From sequence record OQ561750: a DNA stretch of 64,000 bases; one strand, given 5' to 3'. Shown here one piece after another: positions 7,958 to 17,481 of this stretch (position 1 is the stretch's first letter; every line of letters begins with the position of its first letter). The notes beneath the pieces were generated by a model, which did not search any database, had not been told where the DNA came from, and worked only from the letters and a program-made list of their open reading frames with translations. Both the position numbers and the translations under genes were made by a program. The DNA comes from Escherichia phage LHE83.

Positions 7958-8518
7958 ATGATTATTGAAACAACTGAATTGTTTGGCGAACTGTCCGCTG
8001 AAGTAGTTAATAACGCAATTGAGCTTTCACAAGAAGACGATAAAATCGTACTGACTATCGCTGATATTAAACCGCTTTATGATTTAATGGTTTTAGATAG
8101 ACACGATTATCTTAACGGTCGACATAGCGCTCCTATCGATATCAATGATGGTGTGTTTGCCTATATCTATAAAAATGAAACTGGGTTTAATCTGGAAAAT
8201 GGTATTGAATGTCTGAGCATCAGCGATTCTGATAAATTCTTTGATTGTATTTTCAAACTGTTCCAGGAAGAATGCAAGCCAGAAGTTGAATGGAAAGTCC
8301 CAGGTCAAGATGCACTGATTCGTTCTAGTGAAACGTTTGAAGGCGATGAAGAGGAATTAGATTATAATACTGAACTGACTGTGCTTCAACATCAGGGTCG
8401 TGATTTGCTATCCTTGACCCAAAGACACGATGGTGAAAGTGAAGTGGTATTTACTAAGGATGAGCTCAAAGCTTTAGTCTCTTATCTGAACTCTGTTATC
8501 CCAACTATGAACTCTTAA
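7958..8518 (+). CDS. hypothetical acidic protein
   Basis: ORF track; GGAATAGAAAATG RBS. Confidence 0.55.
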   Translation: MIIETTELFGELSAEVVNNAIELSQEDDKIVLTIADIKPLYDLMVLDRHDYLNGRHSAPIDINDGVFAYIYKNETGFNLENGIECLSISDSDKFFDCIFKLFQEECKPEVEWKVPGQDALIRSSETFEGDEEELDYNTELTVLQHQGRDLLSLTQRHDGESEVVFTKDELKALVSYLNSVIPTMNS

Positions 8519-8528
8519 GGAAAATATT

Positions 8529-8981
8529 ATGATTATCAATGCAAACTCTTGGCACGTTAAATTACACGACCGTTTTTATGACCGTCATTCTCGACCACAC
8601 TCTTTGTGTGCTTACTTCTGGAAAATGGTTTGGGCTTGTTTTGCTTGTGCTGTTGTTGCAGGTAGTACGCTTTTTGGATTAACTGTTGCAGGTGTTGGTG
8701 TATTAGAGCATTTCTTTGTATTAAGTACCCCTGTTCTGTTGAGTCTAGGGTTTGTTTTAGGATTGGTTGCAATAGCTCTTATTATTGCGCTATCCATTGG
8801 TTTGGCATTCGGTGTGATGAATTTACACTCATGGTATGATTTACGTAAAGAAGAAAAGGAATGGCAACTAATTAAAGCTAAACGTGAAGGAAAGGAAATT
8901 AAAGAAAACATTGTTATCCAATATATCAAAGCTCGTAAATCTAAGGTCTGTCCGGTAATCCACTTCGAGGACAAAGAATGA
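8529..8981 (+). CDS. hypothetical membrane protein
   Basis: ORF track; multiple hydrophobic segments. Confidence 0.55.
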   Translation: MIINANSWHVKLHDRFYDRHSRPHSLCAYFWKMVWACFACAVVAGSTLFGLTVAGVGVLEHFFVLSTPVLLSLGFVLGLVAIALIIALSIGLAFGVMNLHSWYDLRKEEKEWQLIKAKREGKEIKENIVIQYIKARKSKVCPVIHFEDKE

Positions 8982-9988
8982 GAACAGTTATGAAAGGCTA
9001 CTTCGGTAGCCACCTTTATGGAACAAGTACTCCAGAATCTGATGTCGATTTTAAAGAAATCTTTGTTCCACATCCGCGTGATATTCTGTTAGGTACGGCT
9101 ATGAACCATACCAACCTGAACACGAATAACACTGCTTCCAAAAACACCAAAGATGATGTAGACCATGAGCTTTACAGTCTGAAATATTTCTTTAAACTAG
9201 CGGCTGAAGGTGAAACCGTTGCTCTGGATATGCTTCACACTCCACCTGAACTAGTGGTTAAATCTGATTTACCTGATGTATGGAAATTTATCCAAGACAA
9301 CCGTTCTCGGTTCTATACAACCAACATGAAAGCCTATTTAGGGTACGTCCGTAAGCAAGCTTCTAAATATGGTGTTAAAGGTTCTCGTCTGGCTGCTCTG
9401 CGTGGTGTACTGGCAATCGTTAACCAGATTCCTGAACAGTGGATTGATTACCAAGAAGATGGTTCTACTAAACAACGTCGCACTAAGGTAGAAGATATCA
9501 AACATCGACTCCCTGAAAATGAGTTCTGTGAATGGGCATTCCATAACCATGAGAAAACAGGTCCTCAAACGTTCTATACTGTTCTCGGACGTAAATACCA
9601 AACCACTCTGTCATTAATCGAGCTCAAGCAATCTCTGAATAAGCTTGATGCCGAATATGGTGAACGTGCTCGTAAGGCTGAAGCTAACGAAGGTATTGAC
9701 TGGAAAGCTCTGAGCCATGCTTATCGTGCTGGTTATCAGTTGAAGGAAATCTATCAAACTGGTGACCTTCAATATCCTTTACGTACAGCGCCGTTTATCC
9801 TTGAAATCAAACAAGGGCTTCATGCTTTTAAAGATGTACAGGCCGAACTTGAAGCTATCGTTGATGAAGTCGAAACTAATGCTATCTGGGCCGCTAAGAA
9901 CGGTATGCCTGAGAAGGTAGACATGAAGTTCTGGGACAAGTTCGTTGAGCAGGTTTACCTAGAAAACCATAACTCGTATTATAAATGA
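8978..9988 (+). CDS. nucleotidyltransferase-fold protein (Pol-beta superfamily)
   Basis: N-terminal GSHLYGTSTPESDVDFKEIFV matches the G-S...D-x-D nucleotidyltransferase motif; ATGA overlap start. Confidence 0.55.
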   Translation: MRTVMKGYFGSHLYGTSTPESDVDFKEIFVPHPRDILLGTAMNHTNLNTNNTASKNTKDDVDHELYSLKYFFKLAAEGETVALDMLHTPPELVVKSDLPDVWKFIQDNRSRFYTTNMKAYLGYVRKQASKYGVKGSRLAALRGVLAIVNQIPEQWIDYQEDGSTKQRRTKVEDIKHRLPENEFCEWAFHNHEKTGPQTFYTVLGRKYQTTLSLIELKQSLNKLDAEYGERARKAEANEGIDWKALSHAYRAGYQLKEIYQTGDLQYPLRTAPFILEIKQGLHAFKDVQAELEAIVDEVETNAIWAAKNGMPEKVDMKFWDKFVEQVYLENHNSYYK

Positions 9989-9990
9989 TA

Positions 9991-10010
9991 AAGGCCTTCG
10001 GGCCTTTTTT
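9991..10010 (+). terminator. rho-independent terminator
   Basis: AAGGCC-TTCG-GGCC followed by TTTTTT. Confidence 0.6.
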
Positions 10011-10029
10011 GGGTTTAGTGCAAAAAAGA

Positions 10030-10060
10030 GTTTACACTCTCGTAGAGCATGTTATTATGG
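10030..10060 (+). promoter_or_regulatory. early promoter cassette
   Basis: GTTTAC then 17 nt then TGTTATTAT, then CCTATCAAA. Confidence 0.5.
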
Positions 10061-10095
10061 ACCTATCAAATCTACTGAGTGAAATGGAGAATATA

Positions 10096-11076
10096 ATGTT
10101 AACTATCAAAATCAACAAAGGTATCTATCGCGGTAATGTAATCTCTGGTACGTTCATGAGTTCAGGTAAAACCTGGTTCCCTAATAAAATTCATGAATCA
10201 GAAGCTCACCTCGGTGACGGCAAGGTATTCGTACAGATTGATGGTGTTGAACGTGGTGTATGGGTGTTCAAATGTGACGTTGAAATGGAAGGTGCTGAAG
10301 CTCCTGCAGTTGTTACTGAATCCGCTGAAGAAATGAAACATCGCATTAACAAACGTTTTAAAGTAATGAACATGATGACCAACGGAATCATCGATGGTAA
10401 AATTCGTTCCCTTATCATCTCTGGTGCCGCAGGTATTGGTAAAACGTATTCTTTGGATAAAGCATTACAAAATGCCCACGAAAATGAAACTATCGAATAT
10501 AAATCAATCAACGGAAAGATTAGTGGAATCGGTCTTTACGAGCAGCTTTGGAATAACCGCGGCCCTAATAGTGTTCTTCTTATTGATGATGTTGATGTAT
10601 TCTCTGATATGGATATCCTGAACCTGTTAAAAGCAGCATTGGATACCGGTGAAAAACGTAAGGTGTGCTGGAGCACTTCAAGTTCTTACCTCGATGATAA
10701 AAACATCGATAAAGAATTCGAATACGAAGGCACCATCGTGTTCATCACCAACGTTGATATCGACCGTGAATTAGAGCGTGGAACTAAACTTGCTCCACAC
10801 CTCCAGGCTTTAGTATCTCGTTCAGTTTACTTAGACCTCGGAGTTCACTCTAACGAAGAGATTATGGTCCGTGTTGAAGACGTTATCCTGTCCACTGATA
10901 TGATGCAAAACCGTGGTCTGACTGATGCCGAGACTTATCAAGCACTGTCCTGGATGAAGGCTAATGTATCTCGTCTTCGTAACGTATCATTACGTACAGC
11001 TCTTTATCTGGCGGACTTCATTGCCACCGATAAAAATGACTGGAGCGAAATCGCTGAAGTTACACTTCTGAAATAA
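10096..11076 (+). CDS. P-loop NTPase (Walker A GAAGIGKT, Walker B LLIDDVD)
   Basis: Start moved to the ATG after the terminator/promoter; track start 9985 reads through the terminator. Confidence 0.55.
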   Translation: MLTIKINKGIYRGNVISGTFMSSGKTWFPNKIHESEAHLGDGKVFVQIDGVERGVWVFKCDVEMEGAEAPAVVTESAEEMKHRINKRFKVMNMMTNGIIDGKIRSLIISGAAGIGKTYSLDKALQNAHENETIEYKSINGKISGIGLYEQLWNNRGPNSVLLIDDVDVFSDMDILNLLKAALDTGEKRKVCWSTSSSYLDDKNIDKEFEYEGTIVFITNVDIDRELERGTKLAPHLQALVSRSVYLDLGVHSNEEIMVRVEDVILSTDMMQNRGLTDAETYQALSWMKANVSRLRNVSLRTALYLADFIATDKNDWSEIAEVTLLK

Positions 11077-11086
11077 AGGTGAAATT

Positions 11087-11428
11087 ATGTTCGAACAATT
11101 TATTTACAATCTTTATAACGCAGGTCAGACTTTTTCCAAAGCCATGAAACAGTCTGTTGAAGACTATATTAATGAATGTAGTACTAAGTTTTCTGAGAAA
11201 TTCTATAAAAATCCGTGTAGTGGAGGAGACTTCAGGAGACTGCGCTTGGCCGTTAACACCCGGGCCTTAATAAATCTAGACCGCAAGCAGGTAAAGTTGG
11301 CAGGCGACTTCCGAGATGAACTCTGCGCCATCAGGAATGAATATCGCATTCGTATTGAACACCAACGGAAAGAGAACACTCAATCCGCATGGTTTAGTGG
11401 TCAAGCCGGTGAAAAAAGTTTCTATTAG
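11087..11428 (+). CDS. hypothetical protein
   Basis: ORF track. Confidence 0.5.
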   Translation: MFEQFIYNLYNAGQTFSKAMKQSVEDYINECSTKFSEKFYKNPCSGGDFRRLRLAVNTRALINLDRKQVKLAGDFRDELCAIRNEYRIRIEHQRKENTQSAWFSGQAGEKSFY

Positions 11429-11430
11429 TT

Positions 11431-11460
11431 GTTTACATCTCCAGTAGAAATGATACTATA
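11431..11460 (+). promoter_or_regulatory. early promoter cassette
   Basis: GTTTAC...TGATACTATAGACCTATCAACT; inverted repeat CTCCAGTAG/CTACTGGAG. Confidence 0.55.
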
Positions 11461-11485
11461 GACCTATCAACTACTGGAGGTTATC

Positions 11486-12010
11486 ATGAACGCTAAAGAT
11501 ATTTTTTCACTGATTAATTTCAACAACGGTAATTTCAAATCTGAAAAACAAAGCAAGTTCTTTAATGATGTTGCTTGTGGTAATGAGATTACCGTATCTG
11601 GAGGAGAGATTTACAAAAGCCGTTGGAACTGGATTGTTATCATCGATTCAGTTGGTATTGTAGAGCTCTATAAAAACACTAACAAAAAACGTACTCTTCA
11701 CTGGAGTCGTGAAACCAATCAAGCTTATCAAGCTGAACGTAACAAACGTTTAATGCCTACCGAATCCGACCTGGCAAACGTTAAATCTGATATCGCTTAT
11801 TTCGATAATCTGATTGCAGAGGAACAAGCGGTTATTGATAAGTTTGACGAAATCAAAGCTTGTAAAGAGATTCCTGAATTTATGCGGGAATCAGTAAATG
11901 AACAGTACGCCCTCACTTCAGGTCGTATCGAGCAGTACAAATCGCAACGAGCTGAACGCCAAGCTCTGCTTCAGAAATTTGAAGAGCGTTTAAAGACGGT
12001 TCTCGCATAA
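11486..12010 (+). CDS. hypothetical protein with C-terminal coiled-coil tail
   Basis: ORF track. Confidence 0.5.
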   Translation: MNAKDIFSLINFNNGNFKSEKQSKFFNDVACGNEITVSGGEIYKSRWNWIVIIDSVGIVELYKNTNKKRTLHWSRETNQAYQAERNKRLMPTESDLANVKSDIAYFDNLIAEEQAVIDKFDEIKACKEIPEFMRESVNEQYALTSGRIEQYKSQRAERQALLQKFEERLKTVLA

Positions 12011-12073
12011 ACGCTTTATACCAAGGATGGTATAATGGTTTTAGGTTCTTAATTACTTACTGAGGAAATTATT

Positions 12074-12916
12074 ATGTCACAGGCAATTAATCAAATTCGT
12101 TCTGAAGTTAAAAAAGTTGTTAAATTTGGTCGTATTCCGAGTTCTAAAGAAGTGGTTGAAAAGGTTCTATATATGATGTGGGACAAGTTCAATGTTTGTA
12201 CTGTTAAAGATGACTTCACTAAAATCTTTGATAAGACCAGGTCGTTTACCTTAGAAGACCGGGTCATGAAAACTCTTCGTAAAACAGGTATGTTGTCTCG
12301 TGCTAATGCCAAAATTATTCTTAAAAATTATAACAAAGGCTACGACCTCTATGGTCGTTTAATCCCGGCGATGTCATTTGACGAAGTGGTTCAAGACCTT
12401 CATGCCAACCAACGACGTCTACTAGCACTAGGTGCTCGCCTTGCAAAAGGTCAAGATAAACAAATGACCTTTAAGACTAATGGTTCAGGTGATTGGATTA
12501 TCTTTAGTATTGTTAACCACCCCAGAAATGAAAATGAGTATACCATTTCAACTTTTAGTGGTTGTCAATATGACAACTGGAAGTTCCATCTCCGATTAGC
12601 CTTGTCCGAATTAGAACAGCACGGTGTTCTTGGTTTTGGTGATGCCGAAACTGGGGTGGGTCAGCGTATTAAACTTTATAAAATTAAAGACCTGGCTGAA
12701 GAGCATTCAGAACAAGCTCCTAAACCGGAACCTGTGCCAGTGCGCAGCAATGAGAAGCATCAAGCCCAGATTGAGTATTTTAGCAATTTGCTTACTTGCT
12801 TGAATGTTACAATTCAACAACAAGATGATGAGATTTTCCGACTCTCTGGTCTGAATGCTAAAGCCAAGGCTGAACGTCAAAAATATATCGATATCCTAAA
12901 TCTTCTTAAGGATTAA
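12074..12916 (+). CDS. hypothetical protein with C-terminal coiled-coil tail
   Basis: ORF track; start cassette duplicated at 19250-19283. Confidence 0.55.
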   Translation: MSQAINQIRSEVKKVVKFGRIPSSKEVVEKVLYMMWDKFNVCTVKDDFTKIFDKTRSFTLEDRVMKTLRKTGMLSRANAKIILKNYNKGYDLYGRLIPAMSFDEVVQDLHANQRRLLALGARLAKGQDKQMTFKTNGSGDWIIFSIVNHPRNENEYTISTFSGCQYDNWKFHLRLALSELEQHGVLGFGDAETGVGQRIKLYKIKDLAEEHSEQAPKPEPVPVRSNEKHQAQIEYFSNLLTCLNVTIQQQDDEIFRLSGLNAKAKAERQKYIDILNLLKD

Positions 12917-12918
12917 TT

Positions 12919-13134
12919 ATGGAAATTATTGGTTTTATTCTTGCTTATCTTGTGATAGGATTTATTACTGCTTTGATTGCGCATAAAACAGGCGCGTGGA
13001 ACCCGGTTAAAATTGAATCAAGCTATGATGCGGTATTCATTACATTTGTATGGCCAGTATTTTGCTTTGCCTGGTTATGTATGCTAATTCTGTGGCCTAT
13101 CGCTAAACTCTATGAAAAATTATTTGGACTCTGA
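12919..13134 (+). CDS. hypothetical small membrane protein
   Basis: ORF track; two hydrophobic segments. Confidence 0.5.
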   Translation: MEIIGFILAYLVIGFITALIAHKTGAWNPVKIESSYDAVFITFVWPVFCFAWLCMLILWPIAKLYEKLFGL

Positions 13135-13135
13135 T

Positions 13136-14005
13136 ATGAACATTAAAACACGTAAAGAATATTCCATCTATGACCATGACACGACTCGTCGTATCGCTAT
13201 CGATCGGCTGGCAGACTTTGGCCATATTTGTAATGGTAATTATACTTATGGTGTAGGTCGTAAAGGGACTTATATTAGTTCTTTGAACGATTATTGCCGT
13301 TGCCCTGCTCATTTATTTGGTGCAACACTGCGAGCTAATATCAAAGACCTCTTGGCTACCGCAGGACGTATTTCTACGGTTCCTGTCAATATCAAGAATA
13401 TTAATTTTACGGCTCGTAACCTAGTCATTAATATTCTGCCTGACGGTATTCAAGTTCGTTTCCGTCCCACCTCAAAAGGCAATAAGGCTCTTCGTGAAGC
13501 ATTCGAAACCTTATTCAGGGAAGCAATGACTCGTATTAAGGCAGTAGAATCATATAAAGTTACAACCGATGAATATGCTGATTGTTTTGAGCGGGCTGAT
13601 GCAGTTTATTTTAATATTAAACTAACTCGTGAATATCTTTTGTCTTATGCCCCTTATCAATCCCAACAAAAGGAACCACAAATGGAACGTCGTATCTCTG
13701 CAGTATCATGTGACAGCGTAGGCCAGTATGCAGCCTATGACAAATTCAAAACCACTGCTGTACCAAGCCCATTCAATTCCGAACCGTATCATTGGAAAAT
13801 TAAACCTGATAATTCTTTGGTTATTACTAACCCTACGATGAAACCTATCGAGAAGTATCATGAGGACCACCTCCAGGAATCAATCCACCGTTTAAACGGC
13901 CAGATCGAAGATGAGAAAAAGAGTATTCAAGACGTATTGATTCGCATCAAGAACATGGAACTCCAGCGTGACAAGCTCCGCGCGGCAGTATTAGCTCTAA
14001 AATAA
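13136..14005 (+). CDS. hypothetical protein with C-terminal coiled-coil tail
   Basis: ATG immediately after the upstream stop chosen over track start 13112. Confidence 0.55.
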   Translation: MNIKTRKEYSIYDHDTTRRIAIDRLADFGHICNGNYTYGVGRKGTYISSLNDYCRCPAHLFGATLRANIKDLLATAGRISTVPVNIKNINFTARNLVINILPDGIQVRFRPTSKGNKALREAFETLFREAMTRIKAVESYKVTTDEYADCFERADAVYFNIKLTREYLLSYAPYQSQQKEPQMERRISAVSCDSVGQYAAYDKFKTTAVPSPFNSEPYHWKIKPDNSLVITNPTMKPIEKYHEDHLQESIHRLNGQIEDEKKSIQDVLIRIKNMELQRDKLRAAVLALK

Positions 14006-14006
14006 T

Positions 14007-14040
14007 GTTTACATCCAAGGACGGATGGAGTATAATCTTT
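14007..14040 (+). promoter_or_regulatory. early promoter
   Basis: GTTTAC then TATAAT with about 19 nt spacing, then CTACTGAGGAG Shine-Dalgarno. Confidence 0.5.
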
Positions 14041-14063
14041 TTAAATCTACTGAGGAGAATATC

Positions 14064-15074
14064 ATGACTCGTACTGAATACATTAATGCCTTTACTACGT
14101 ATATCACTGCCAACACCCCTCCGTTAACCCCATACGAGGTAATAGTTTCTAATATCAATAAATGGGTCGACCAAATTGATGATGCATTATCGCGCTGTTT
14201 CAAAGCTGAAATCGAAAAGATTGCAGGCCGTTTGTGCATTCATGATATCATTAAAACATTTAAAGGTTCTCGACTGCTTTCGCGCCTGGTCAATAAGGAC
14301 ATCCTTTCTGAGTTCGGTAAAGAGAAATATCCAGGTTCCAACCGTGTTGTTAGCTACAAATGGTTTGGTGATACCATAAAAGGTTATATCAAAATTAAAG
14401 GTATGGACCCTAATAGTTTATTTCCGCAACGTTGGGTTAGCGAATTCAAGGCTAACTCTGCATTAATTCTCAAAGCGGCCTCTAAAACTATAGTTTCCGG
14501 TGATTGTCGTACTATTCACCCGATGGCTAATTGCATGATTAAAACAAATAGTTATAAAGGAAAAGCTATTATTTCTGTTATTTGGTCACCTAATAGGAAA
14601 CCTAAAGATGATGCGGAAGTTGTAAAGTATCAAGATATTGCTTACGATACCTTGAATACTATCGAACAAGCTTTAGCTCTGATGGATACCGTAGAGAAAT
14701 ATGAGACCCAAGAAGTTAAACACCACTTAGGCTGGAAAGGATATGAGGTCTTAGTAACAGTCCGTGAAATCAAATGTACCGTTCCAAAAACTGATGCTGA
14801 AATTTACAAAGAAAAATGTGAGGAAATTGTGAACACTGATAAAGAGCCTGCTACATTAGAAGATTTGATTAACGACTTGAACAGCCCTATCATGGCCCCT
14901 ACACCAATTACTAAATCCAAGTTACCGGAAGTCGTTGCCTTGGAAAAAGCGTATAAAGACGCCCTTGCTATCAACAAAAAACTGACTGGCCAATATACTG
15001 CTGCCAAGAAACTTTGGGAAGAGTCTACCAATCGTTTAGACCGTCTTGAACAGGCTCTGGAGCTGCTGAAATGA
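14064..15074 (+). CDS. hypothetical protein with C-terminal coiled-coil tail
   Basis: ATG after GAGGAG Shine-Dalgarno; track start 14025 lies inside the promoter. Confidence 0.55.
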   Translation: MTRTEYINAFTTYITANTPPLTPYEVIVSNINKWVDQIDDALSRCFKAEIEKIAGRLCIHDIIKTFKGSRLLSRLVNKDILSEFGKEKYPGSNRVVSYKWFGDTIKGYIKIKGMDPNSLFPQRWVSEFKANSALILKAASKTIVSGDCRTIHPMANCMIKTNSYKGKAIISVIWSPNRKPKDDAEVVKYQDIAYDTLNTIEQALALMDTVEKYETQEVKHHLGWKGYEVLVTVREIKCTVPKTDAEIYKEKCEEIVNTDKEPATLEDLINDLNSPIMAPTPITKSKLPEVVALEKAYKDALAINKKLTGQYTAAKKLWEESTNRLDRLEQALELLK

Positions 15075-15382
15075 AACAACGTTTAGCTGAAGATATTGCT
15101 TCAGCATCTAATACTGGTTTATTGAAATTTATTAAAGCCGCGGATGTTGAAGTTGAATTGGTTGGTAAAATTCATGGTTGTGATGATTATGATGATGCCG
15201 TTAATTGGGATGCTGTAATGGCTATGGTCGCACGACGAGAACAAGCTTCTAAGAATGTTCCTAACTGTCCTAAGTGCGGCACAGAACAGGTTCAATTGGT
15301 CCATTGGCAGACTAGTAATCTTCGTTACAAATGCCGCCATTGTAAACATAAATTTGAGCGAGAAGAAAATGGCAAAGCGTAA
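15071..15382 (+). CDS. hypothetical Zn-ribbon protein (CPKCG...CRHCKHKF)
   Basis: ORF track; ATGA overlap. Confidence 0.5.
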   Translation: MKQRLAEDIASASNTGLLKFIKAADVEVELVGKIHGCDDYDDAVNWDAVMAMVARREQASKNVPNCPKCGTEQVQLVHWQTSNLRYKCRHCKHKFEREENGKA

Positions 15383-15605
15383 AGAATATGTAGAGGCTGC
15401 CGATAAGGCAGTCCGCGAACTTACTTTAGCTTATTATAAAGAGCATGGTAAATTTCCGGACAGTTATTCAGTATTGAAATCTGCTTTAACTCGCTCGTAT
15501 AATAATATACTATCTGATGTGTATAATTTAAAATATGAGCACATGGAAAAATATGGAACAGAACTTGACCGTTCTGAAGCATTCAAACAAATATTAGGAA
15601 TTTAA
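15369..15605 (+). CDS. hypothetical protein
   Basis: Internal ATG ([10 protein letters not shown]) of track ORF 15255..15605. Confidence 0.45.
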   Translation: MAKRKEYVEAADKAVRELTLAYYKEHGKFPDSYSVLKSALTRSYNNILSDVYNLKYEHMEKYGTELDRSEAFKQILGI

Positions 15606-15606
15606 A

Positions 15607-15870
15607 ATGTTTAAAGTTTATGGTTATGATTCAAATATTCACCGTTGTGTTTTCTGTGATAATGCCAAACGTCTGCTTGATGTTAAGAAACAACCTTACG
15701 AATTCATTAACGTGATGCCGGAAAAAGGCGTATTTGATGATGAGAAGATTGCTCAACTCCTGGCTGCGCTTGGTCGCGAATCTCAAATCGGTTTGACCAT
15801 GCCGCAAGTATTTGCCCCTGATGGAAGTCATATCGGTGGCTTTGACCAACTGCGAGCGTATTTCAAATGA
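15607..15870 (+). CDS. nrdC: glutaredoxin/thioredoxin NrdC
   Basis: 87 aa; VFCDNAKRLL...QVFAPDGSHIGGFDQL near-identical to T4 NrdC from memory. Confidence 0.85.
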   Translation: MFKVYGYDSNIHRCVFCDNAKRLLDVKKQPYEFINVMPEKGVFDDEKIAQLLAALGRESQIGLTMPQVFAPDGSHIGGFDQLRAYFK

Positions 15871-16028
15871 TTGAATTAATGTTGGTTGTTTTGTATCTTA
15901 TCATCGGTATTGGTTATGCTAAGACCCTAGCTAAATTAGATGATTCAGGTGACTTTTGTTGGTGGTTGACGTCTATGATTTGTTGGCCTTTATTTCTGGT
16001 TGGTGCTTCATTCTGGAACTTCAAATGA
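15867..16028 (+). CDS. hypothetical small membrane protein (53 aa)
   Basis: Read by eye; ATGA overlap with the nrdC stop; hydrophobic; below the track length cutoff. Confidence 0.35.
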   Translation: MIELMLVVLYLIIGIGYAKTLAKLDDSGDFCWWLTSMICWPLFLVGASFWNFK

Positions 16029-16333
16029 TTGAATTAAACGAACAAACCATTTTTCTAGGTGATGGTACCGAAGATGACCTGGAATATAAACTATACGAAT
16101 ATATGGTTTGGTTGGCTAAAGCAGAAGGTATAGACTTTGCTGTAGCCCATCCATATGGCGAGAACACTGTTGTAATCGGCGGCACCGCTTACGAAGTCCA
16201 ATGGCAATACGTTGGCCTTGAATCTGAAGAATTTGAAGAAGATGAACACGGTGATTGGCATCCAGTCGGTCCTTGGTACTGGGAACACGGTGAACCTGAT
16301 TTTGAAGTAAGTAGTTGGTGGTGTGACCGTTAA
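16025..16333 (+). CDS. hypothetical acidic protein
   Basis: Internal ATG (MIELNEQ) of track ORF 15956..16333; ATGA overlap. Confidence 0.5.
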   Translation: MIELNEQTIFLGDGTEDDLEYKLYEYMVWLAKAEGIDFAVAHPYGENTVVIGGTAYEVQWQYVGLESEEFEEDEHGDWHPVGPWYWEHGEPDFEVSSWWCDR

Positions 16334-16390
16334 GCCATGGTATGTCGCTCGGTGGGATACGATAGAACCTACCGAGCCAGAGGAACCCGT

Positions 16391-16420
16391 TTACAACGAT
16401 TCCGAAATAGAGTATAATGA
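16391..16420 (+). promoter_or_regulatory. early promoter
   Basis: GTTTAC then 16 nt then TATAAT. Confidence 0.45.
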
Positions 16421-16452
16421 ACCTTCAAACAATGATTTAATTGATATGGAAT

Positions 16453-16650
16453 ATGGGTTTTACTATGAAAACTGAACTGATTTATACTGAAAAGTTAAAT
16501 GGCGGTAAAGTCTGGAAACTTCTTATTAAAGGAAGTCCTACTGATCAGTTTATGGCCACTTGTGTAGGGTTATACACCCGTCCTACTAAAAAGATGATTC
16601 GTCAATTTAAACGGTTGCATCGCTCGTTTTATAGTACATTTGAAAAATAA
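16453..16650 (+). CDS. hypothetical basic protein
   Basis: Track ORF starts with TTG at 16441; first in-frame ATG used; start uncertain (16465 is an alternative). Confidence 0.4.
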   Translation: MGFTMKTELIYTEKLNGGKVWKLLIKGSPTDQFMATCVGLYTRPTKKMIRQFKRLHRSFYSTFEK

Positions 16651-16655
16651 TAAAT

Positions 16656-16685
16656 ACCCTTATCTAATAATGGTAAGGGTTTATT
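16656..16685 (+). terminator. hairpin, possible terminator
   Basis: ACCCTTA...TAAGGGT inverted repeat followed by TTATT. Confidence 0.3.
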
Positions 16686-17159
16686 ATGTTGTTGACCGGC
16701 AAATTATACAAAGAAGAAAAACAAAAACTTTATGATGCACAATGTGGTAAGTGTTTGATTTGTAAACGTGAATTAAACCCTGATGTTCAAAGTAACCACC
16801 TTGACCACGACCATGAATTGAACGGGCCAAAAGCCGGTAAGGTTCGTGGTTTACTATGTAATCTGTGCAATGCTGCAGAAGGACAAATGAAGCATAAGTT
16901 CAACCGTTCTGGTCTTAAAGGTCAAAACGTTGACTACCTCGAATGGTTAGAGAATTTGCTGGTCTATCTGAAAGCTGATTATACTGAAAACAATATCCAT
17001 CCTAATTTCGTTCCTGATAAAACCAAAGAGTTCAGCAGGTTAGGTAAGGAAGAAATGATTGCTGAAATGCTTTCACATGGAATGACTTATAATGAATCTG
17101 ACACTAAGAAACAAATGGTCGATTCATTTAAAAAACAACTGAGGAAATCGCTTAAATGA
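16686..17159 (+). CDS. 49: endonuclease VII (Holliday-junction resolvase)
   Basis: 157 aa; MLLTGKLYKEEKQK...HLDHDHELNGPKAGKVRGLLCNLCNAAEG near-identical to T4 gp49 from memory. Confidence 0.9.
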   Translation: MLLTGKLYKEEKQKLYDAQCGKCLICKRELNPDVQSNHLDHDHELNGPKAGKVRGLLCNLCNAAEGQMKHKFNRSGLKGQNVDYLEWLENLLVYLKADYTENNIHPNFVPDKTKEFSRLGKEEMIAEMLSHGMTYNESDTKKQMVDSFKKQLRKSLK

Positions 17160-17265
17160 TTAATTTTTATGCCTTAACCGAATCCATGAATGATATTATC
17201 CGGCGCATGGGTGTTGAGTATCCTGCTCAATGGTTATTTGTTGTAACTAATACGTGGACTATCGT

Positions 17266-17481
17266 ATGAACAAATTTCGTAATGCTGTCTCTGATATCCT
17301 GGCCAATATTACATTTGTCTTGTTTATCGTGTGCCTTTTAATCCTGGTCGTCCCATTTGGATTGCTGTTTATGATTATTGGTGCCCTGAGTACTGAAAAA
17401 GGTCTTGAAGGGTCTGAGTTCGAAAAACGAATCCAGTCTGTCCATGGTGTTATTTCTAAAATGATGAAGGTGAAAGAATGA
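17266..17481 (+). CDS. hypothetical small membrane protein
   Basis: First ATG of track ORF 17254 (which starts at GTG); hydrophobic core. Confidence 0.45.
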   Translation: MNKFRNAVSDILANITFVLFIVCLLILVVPFGLLFMIIGALSTEKGLEGSEFEKRIQSVHGVISKMMKVKE

